Source of the DNA: Chlorokybus atmophyticus
Taxonomy: Eukaryota > Plantae > Mesostigma and Chlorokybus algae
Direction of reading: 5' to 3'
Length of the DNA stretch: 64,000 nucleotides
NCBI GenBank assembly: GCA_009103225.1
Contig: RHPI01003491.1
Coordinates: 414,452 to 478,451, forward strand
Shown here: piece by piece, positions 56,644-64,000 of the stretch
How positions within the stretch are numbered: the first letter of the stretch is position 1
Layout of the letters: each line of letters opens with the position of its first letter
Made by a program: the position numbers and the translations under genes
Notes under the pieces: generated by a model
What the model was told of the DNA's origin: nothing
The model's database searches: none
The model's input: only the letters and a program-made list of their open reading frames with translations

Positions 56644-57258
56644 CCTAAATTGGCCGGTCCTTGGCTGTGGGGCCGGTGACCGACCCTAACAAACCCCTTG
56701 GGTAATTCTCCAGCTGACCGGGCAGCTGCCGAGGACGTCAGCGTTCTTAAGTGGGGGGGAATGTAACGGGAAGGCACATTAAAATACCACAAATCGACCA
56801 TAAAAGCACCAAGTCTTTTGTGGTGATCAGTGATGCTTCCACCATCGGGTGTGGGGCAGTCTCTCTACAGGATGACAGACCATGTGCATATGAAAGCAGA
56901 AAGTTCATTCCTGCTGAACGTAATTACACAACCACTGAGCAATTCCTGCTGAGCAGGAATTGCTCAGTGGTTGTGTAATTACGTTCAGCAGGAATGAACT
57001 TTCTGCTTTCATATGCACATGGTCTGTCATCCTGTAGAGAGACTGCCCCACACCCGATGGTGGAAGCATCACTGATCACCACAAAAGACTTGGTGCTTTT
57101 ATGGTCGATTTGTGGTATTTTAATGTGCCTTCCCGTTACATTCCCCCCCACTTAAGAACGCTGACGTCCTCGGCAGCTGCCCGGTCAGCTGGAGAATTAC
57201 CCAAGGGGTTTGTTAGGGTCGGTCACCGGCCCCACAGCCAAGGACCGGCCAATTTAGG
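56644..57258. repeat. Perfect 615-bp palindrome (307-bp arms, centre 56951) next to an N gap
   Basis: 56644-56950 is the reverse complement of 56952-57258; the ORF track gives identical 75-aa translations on both strands. Confidence 0.92.
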
Positions 57259-57595
57259 ACCATACCGGTAAACGCGCGCATATCGCACCGCTGCCGGCCC
57301 CACAGGTCGCGTCGCCGCGATAGGCAGGTCGCGCCCTGCCGCGCCGATTGAACTGATCAGTTCCGCGCGATTGCCATTAGGCAAGTCGCGACCCATCAAT
57401 GATGGCACTTTTAAAGTAACCATTCACGATGTTATTAGAGCGAGAAACAACGACCGCGGAATTCGTGTGCAAGGCAGGAATCGAACCCGGGTCTCAAGCT
57501 TCGATGACCAATGTCACAGCCCACTCGACCACAAAAGACTTGGTACTTTTGTCGTCGATTTGTGGTATTCTAATGTGCCTTCCCGTTACAGTGTA

Positions 57596-60500
57596 AGCTG
57601 CGTCGCAGTTGCCAGCAATGCACCGCATGCGCGTAAGGTGCATGGCGTGAAGGCGTGCCAGCGAGATGCAGAACAACATGCTACTAGCTCGGGGGGGGAG
57701 GCTCCGGAGCTGGTGTCACAAGTTTCTGAGGCTGAGATTTAGCAGATTTGGTCCGGAAACGACGTGAAGGATGCATGGTTGTGTATGGTGCGTGACACAC
57801 CGTCAGAAAGTCGGATCCGAAGCTGGTCGGCACTGGTGTGGAGGGTTCGGAAGACCTTGAGGTGCAGAAGTTGCTTGAGGAGTTCAAAGACGTCATGGTG
57901 GACGGGTTACCATCTGGTTTGCCACCCATGCGTAGCGTTGATCACCATGTGGAGGGCGTGGAGGGCGTGCACAAGCCGCCGTACAGACTGGTGTACAAGC
58001 TGTCTCCGGCTGAGCTAGAGGAGGCGGAGAGACAAGTTGAGGACCTTCTGCAGCGTGGATACATCAGGCCTAGCAAGTCTCCGTATGGTGCACCTATCTT
58101 GTTTATGCGCAAGAAGAACGGAGCCTTGCGCATGTGCGTTGATTACCGGCCGCTCAACAACATCACACGAAGAATAATGTCTTTCCTTTGCCTTGCTTTC
58201 ATGAGTTGTTGGAGCAGCTAGAATTTGCTGAGTTCTTCACAAGCTTGGACCTAGCTGGCGGCTACCATCAAATCCGCGCAGGAGGACATCGAGAAACGGC
58301 ATCCGATACTCGCTATGGCCATTACAAGTGGTTGGTAATGTCGTTTGGGATGACCAACGCTCCGGCAACGTTTCGGACCTTGATGAACGGTGTCTTTGCT
58401 GATCTGATTGGCAAGGATGTCCTCGTGTACTTCGATAACATCCTCGTGTATACCAAGAGCAAGAGCGAGCACATGGCGTTGCTACGTGAGGTGATGCAGC
58501 GTCTACGTGCAAACAAGTTGTTCGCTCAGCTCAATAAGTGCCGTTTTTTGCTGCAAGAGGTAAAGTATTTCAGCCATCTTATCCCCAAGCAACGGGATCA
58601 AGGCGGACCCCAATAAGATTGCGGCGGTGCGCGATTGGATTGCCCCGAAGAATGTGAAGGATGTCATGTCGTTCCCAGAGCTGGCTAGCTATTATCGCAA
58701 GTTTGTAAGAGGCTTCTTGCACTTGGCATCACCATTGATGGCATTGTTGAAGAAGGGGGTGAGCTGCAGCTGGTCGGAGGCTGAAATGAAGGCGTTTTTT
58801 GACTTGAAGGCGGCCTTAACATCAGCACCCGTTCTTGTGCATCCCAACTTGCAATTGCCCTTCGTGGTGGCATGCGATGCTTCCGATAAGACCGTTGGAG
58901 CTGTTTTGCAGCAAAATTACGGCAACGGCTTGCAACCGGTGGCATTTCTAAGCAAGAAGTTGAGTGGAGCCAAGCTCAACTACCCCGTTCATGAGAAGGA
59001 ATTGCTGGCGCAGGTGTTGGCGCTACGGTCATGGCGTTGGTTTCTTAAGGGCAAGCGCTTCATCCTTAAAACGGATCACTCGTCATTAAGGTTCCTTCAA
59101 ACGCAGCCTCATGTCTCGCGGCGGCAAGCTCGTTGGCTCGAGTTCTTTCAACTCCTCGACTTCGTCAAGTACAAGCCCGGCTATGCGAACAAGGTTGCGG
59201 ACGCGTTGAGTCGGTACCTTAATGCAATTGAAACGGTTGTTAAAGTGCAGCCCGAGCGGTTGAAGCAGATCCGAGCCTTGTTGCACGAGGACGCTGTTGG
59301 TAAGAAGGCTATTGAAGCGCTCGAGAATGGAACTGATCATGGTGGCCTTTGGGCATGGAAGGACGGGCTGCTATGGCACGGAAATCGCATGTACATACCC
59401 ATCATTGCGTACATGCGCGTGGGATTGATAAAGGAAACACACGACGCGCCAATGGCTGGTCATCAAGGGCTGAAGCGGACGCTAGCCTTGTTAAAATAGC
59501 GATTTTTCTGGTCGGAGATGCATCGTTATGTTAAGGATTATGTGGCATTGTATGACACTTGTCAAAGGGTGAAGGCGAGCAACCAATGCGTCAACGGGCT
59601 CGAACCATTGCTGATACCTTTGACGACGTGGGAGCAAGTTACTCTCGTCTTCATCACGGGGCTGCCACGAACACGCGAAGGACATGCTATCTTGGTGTTT
59701 GTGGACAAGACCAGCAAAATGGTGCGGTTAGCGCCATGTACGGAGACGTGCACGGCTCCCGAGGCTGCCAAGTTGTTCATCAAGCATATGGTGCGCTCTC
59801 ATGGCCTCCCGAGGAGTATGGTGAGTGATAGGGACCCGCGGTTACGGGAAACTTCTGGAAGGCTCTCCATTCAGCTTTGGGCACGACTTTGAAGTTCAGC
59901 ATCGCATACCTCCTTGAGACGGATGGTCAAACGGAACGCACCAGCCGTGTGGTTGAGGACATGCTACGGTGCTGTATGTGAATAGCCGACAAGACAATTG
60001 GGGAGACATGCTGGAGCTGACTAAGTTCACCATCAACAACCACAAAAGTGCAAGCACGGGCGTGACACCTTTTCTCATGAACTATGGGCAACATCCGTTG
60101 ACGCCGTTGACGGCATGGGCGCCTAGCATGCAATATTCAGATGTGGAGGCCGTGGATGTGGCTTTCTCGAGAGGTGTGCGGCCATTAGCAAGGCAGCTCA
60201 CGAGGCTCTAATTGTGGCACAAAACAGGCAAAAGCAATACGCCGATGCGCATCGCAAGCATGTTGTCTTTTTGAATAGTGATTGTGTGATGCTCTATACC
60301 AAGCATGTGAAGCTGGTCACGGGTGTGCGCAAGCTGAGTGAGCGATGGTTGGGACCTTTCAAAATGATCAAGGTCATGTCGGAGGTAGCCTACAAGCTGG
60401 AGCTGCCCGATACCATGCGCGTGCACCCCGTATTTCATGTGTCGCTTCTTGATGCTTACAAGGGGGAGCCGCCACCTCGTCCATCTCCGGTTCTGGTTGG

Positions 60501-60690
60501 TGGGGACCAAGCTGAGTGGGAGGTGGAGGCAATCATTAAGGACAAGATGGTGGGAGGTGTGCGTAAGTACTTGGTGAAGTGGCGCGGCTATCCGACGCAC
60601 GAGGCGACGTATGAACCCGAGGAAAGCTTTACCAATGCCAAACAAATTTTGCAGGAGTACAAGACCAAAAGAGGCACTCGTAAGCTTTGA
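57596..60690 (+). pseudogene. pol: Family G pol: RT, RNase H, integrase, chromodomain (many disruptions)
   Basis: [82 protein letters not shown]. Confidence 0.9.
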
Positions 60691-60718
60691 GGACCAAGCT
60701 CCCGCAGGGGGGAAGGGG

Positions 60719-61364
60719 TGTAACAGCTTGGACCTTTTTCCATAATTTACTACATGTACAGTATGTGTTTTGCCTTTTTGCTGGCTATATCAAGGCTTTA
60801 TGAAGGGCTTTTACAAGCCGTACAGGCGGTGCTCTGCTGCCGCGCGCGACTTCGCCAACGACCGGCCCCGCAACTGCCTGCCTGCAACGTGACCTACTGA
60901 AGCAGTAGTGACGCAGCTGACTAGACTGCACGGTACCTGCCATGTGACGCGCATATATAATCAGTCTACCGCTGCGCAGTACCTTGTGACGCGGACTGCC
61001 TAGTCAGCTGCCGCGTGACATGTACTCCGACGCGCGGGGTAGCAGTCTGCACTTACACAGGTCCTTTAGACTTGGTAAATCATCAACCAAAAGGCCTGAT
61101 TCATAGGCTGCTTGGTTGTTGTGCTTGTATAAATAGAAACCCTGTGTACTATAACCAACTCTTGTTATCTGCTCTCTGCCGTGAGTATGCTAGTGTATGC
61201 TTGAGAGAGGCGTGATCCAAGGCACACTTCGTTCTTGCTTGGCGTGGGAAGTAGTAGTGTTCGCGTGCATGTGCGTGCGGGAGAAGACAAGGTTCCGGTG
61301 TGAAGACTGTGCTCATGTGTTGTATGACTTGTGTGCTGTGTATGTGAGCACGAGCATCGTTACA
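60719..61364 (+). repeat. Family G LTR shared between tandem units G1 and G2 (646 bp)
   Basis: Preceded by the PPT agggggaagggg and followed by the PBS TGGTATCGAAGCC and a new gag. Confidence 0.88.
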
Positions 61365-64000
61365 GTGGTATCGAAGCCCTTGGAAGGGTGGAGTTTCTTG
61401 TTTTAAAGGGATATTAACTATGTCTTTGGTGTGAGGTATATTTCTTTTAATGGATGCTACCATGGATGATGCACGTGTTGTGGAGCTTCAACAAGTGCTG
61501 GTCGATGCTCATAAAAAGCTGCAACGTGTTCAAGCATCTGCCCAAGCTCTATCGGCACAACTTTAAGAAGTCTTGGCGCAAGTGCGCGCGGCTACGCCTA
61601 TTGCTGCACCTGTGGCTCTTCCACCAGCCTCTCGTCACGTGAAAGTGCCAAAACCAAAGCCATTCAAGGGCCAGAGAGATGGTGACTGCATCGAGGAGTG
61701 GGTGTTTGCTGTCTCTTCATGGTTGAAGCTCACCGAGGTACCCGTACATCTCCATGTCGATGTGGCTGCTACTTTCTTAAAGGGAGCTGCACTTGTGTGG
61801 TGGCGCTATTGTTGTGCTCGTGTGGAAGCTGGTCTCGAGGTCCCCTTTATCACCGTGGCTGTAACGGGAAGGCACATTAAAATACCACAAATCGACCATA
61901 AAAGCACCAAGTCTTTTATGGTCGAGTGGGCTGTGACATTGGTCATCGGAGCTTGAGACCCGGGTTCGATTCCTGCCTTGCACACGAATTCCGCGGTCGT
62001 TGTTTCTCGATCCAATAACATCGTAAATGGTCACTTTATGAGTGCCATCATCGACGGGTCGCGACTTGCCTAATGGCAGTCGCGCCGAACTGACCAGATC
62101 AGTCGGCGTGGCAGGGCGCGACCTGCCTATCACGGCGACGCGACCTGTGGGGTCGGCAGCGGCGCGCTATGCGGGCGCTGACCGGTATGGGCCTAAATTA
62201 GCCGATCCTTGGCTGTGGGGCCGGTGACCGACCCTAACAAACCCCTTGGGTAATTCCCCAGCTGATCGGGCAGCTGCCGAGGACGTCAGCGTTCTTAAGT
62301 GGGGGGGGATGTAACGGGAAGGCACATTGAAATACCACAAATCGACCATAAAAGCACCAAGTCTTTTATGGTCGAGTGGGCTGTGACAGTGGCCGTTGAT
62401 GGTGAAGAAACAGTTCGTACCGGTGCAAAGCATGAAGACGGCACGCGATCAGCTCTGTACACTTGTGCGAAAGCAATCCATGATGGCCTACACATTTGCG
62501 TTTCAGCGTCTTGTGCTCTCCATACCCAACATGCTTGAGGAGGAGCAGCTGGACCGCTATACGCGCGGGTTGAAGACTCTTTGTCGCAAGGAAGTTGAGC
62601 TTCGTGATGCCAAGTCTCTTGCGGAGGCCATTCGCGTCACCGAGCGTACGGACGTGTTTAACTTCAAGAGTACTGCCAAAGACACTGTTCGTGGGCGCTT
62701 CAATTAGTCACTGGGAGGTTTGTAGCGCTCGTACACACCTTTTGGAGCTGGTTCAGGAGCCGCAACAGCTGCGGGGGCTGGCTCGGGACCTACACCAATG
62801 GAGTTGGGTGTTCTCCATGCTTTAAAGAGGGATGTGAAGGGTCGGGAAGATGCCAAGGCAGTTCGAAAGTGTTGGGAGTGCTCTTCTACAAACTATATGC
62901 GCTCCAACTACCCCATCTTAAAGGCAAAGTCGGCTGCACATGCACGCAACGCGCGCGGCGGTGGACGTGTGTATACGGTGGAGGAGGAGATGTTGCAATC
63001 GAGAAACGGCTCACCTCAGTAGCTAAAGAGGCTGCTGCTGGGGTTGAGATGGAGCCTCTTTCTGATTTCAACAGTTCAGAGCCTTTCGTGGATGCATCGG
63101 TGACTGTTGGCGGCATGTATACGTGCGCAACGGCAACGCGAAACGGTGTTGTTCGTGTGCCCGATGAGGCGAGGCAACTGCTGACCATTACGGCCATGAT
63201 TTGCGAGGGTGATGGGCCTTGGGTGCAGTGCAAATTGCTGGTGGATAGCGGCACGCACAGCAACTTCATGAATTGAGAGGTTGCGCGTCGACACAAGTGG
63301 CTTTCGTGTGCGAATGCCGGCTCCATAACTGTGGACGGCCGTGCGCCAACCGGAGCTGCGAAGCTGAGCAAAGAGCTTGAAGTCCACGTGGGGATGATAA
63401 AAGATAGCCTACGGTTTTGCTGCCTGAAGCTCGGCAATTTGGGGCTACCTCGGCTTTTGACACATAACCCCGCCATTAATTGAAGGAAGCGCCTAATTGC
63501 TGCCTCGGAAGGTGGTGGTATGGCTATGACTTGCTTGGGTGCTTCTTCCCGTGGTGAGTGTTTAGTTTAAGAGCGTGTGCGCTGCGTCGCAGCTGCCAGC
63601 AATGCACCGCACGCGCGTGAGGTGCATGGCGTGAAGGCGTGCCAGCAAGATGCACAACAACATGCTCCTAGCTCGGGGGGGGAGGCTCCGGAGCTGGTGT
63701 CACAAGTTTTTGAGACTGAGATGGAGCAGATTTGGTACGGGAACGACGTGAAGGATGCATGGTTGTGTATGGTGCGTGACACACCGTCAAAGTCAGATCC
63801 GAAGATGGTCGGCACTAGTGTGGAGGGTTCGAAAGACCTTGAGGTGCTGAAGTTGCTTGAGGAGTTCAAAGATGTCATGGTGGACGGGTTACCATCTGGT
63901 TTGCCACCCATGCGCAGCGTTGATCACCATGTGGAGGGCGTGGAGGGCGTGCACAAGCCGCCGTACAGACTGGTGTACAAGCTGTCTCCGGCTGAGCTAG
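61365..64000 (+). mobile_element. Family G unit G2 (PBS, degenerate gag, protease, start of RT; continues beyond the window)
   Basis: Colinear with 49397-51101 and 57596-58030; LLVDSGTHSNFMN protease. Confidence 0.88.
61860..62388 (+). mobile_element. TRIM (terminal-repeat retrotransposon in miniature), 529 bp, TSD GTGGC
   Basis: 79-bp TG..CA LTRs 61860-61938 and 62310-62388 (1 difference); PBS-like TGGTCATCGGAGC; PPT aagtgggggggga; non-coding interior; GTGGC on both sides. Confidence 0.92.

Larger units (their letters stand above)
51102..57590 (-). mobile_element. TRIM-bounded composite insertion (TSD GTGTA)
   Basis: TRIM LTR sequence at both ends (51102-51141 partial; 57512-57590 complete); GTGTA at 51097-51101 and 57591-57595. 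The empty site is visible in G2 near 63574-63585. Confidence 0.8.
48740..61364 (+). mobile_element. Family G chromodomain Gypsy, unit G1 (degenerate; 6.5-kb insertion at 51102-57590)
   Basis: LTR-PBS-gag (49494-50529)-protease (VDSG near 50750)-[insertion]-RT/RNase H/integrase/chromodomain (57596-60690)-PPT-LTR. Confidence 0.88.

Noticed and set aside
61940-61985. tRNA gene
   Set aside because: Only a T-arm-like 18-mer is present; there is no D arm, anticodon arm or acceptor stem. Reported as a finding instead.

Overview
Eukaryotic retrotransposon nest with no recognisable cellular gene. A green-lineage host is inferred from the tRNA-iMet-type primer sites and the element types. (1) A minus-strand Ty3/Gypsy element (about 3428-28039) has the order gag - aspartic protease - C5 cytosine DNA methyltransferase - RT - RNase H - integrase - PHD finger. 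It is interrupted by three near-identical young Ty1/Copia elements (424-bp LTRs, half-tRNA-iMet primer site). A second, far more diverged DNMT-RT relic lies at about 47480-48739. (2) A tyrosine-recombinase (DIRS-order, split-direct-repeat) family is present as two large copies, a solo A-C-B unit and fragments. It encodes an intron-containing gag, RT/RNase H, a Dam-like domain and the recombinase, and its B|A junction is a perfect lox-like inverted repeat. (3) Several chromodomain Gypsy elements are present: a tandem pair sharing one LTR (family G), and a family H with a conserved gag UAG followed by a degenerate Dam-like segment. (4) A 529-bp TRIM with 79-bp LTRs occurs once intact and once as the borders of a 6.5-kb composite. 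Three N gaps (1090-1546, 17087-17258, 56552-56643) limit interpretation; two show signs of assembly problems. All homology calls are by eye from motifs and internal alignments; no database search was run.
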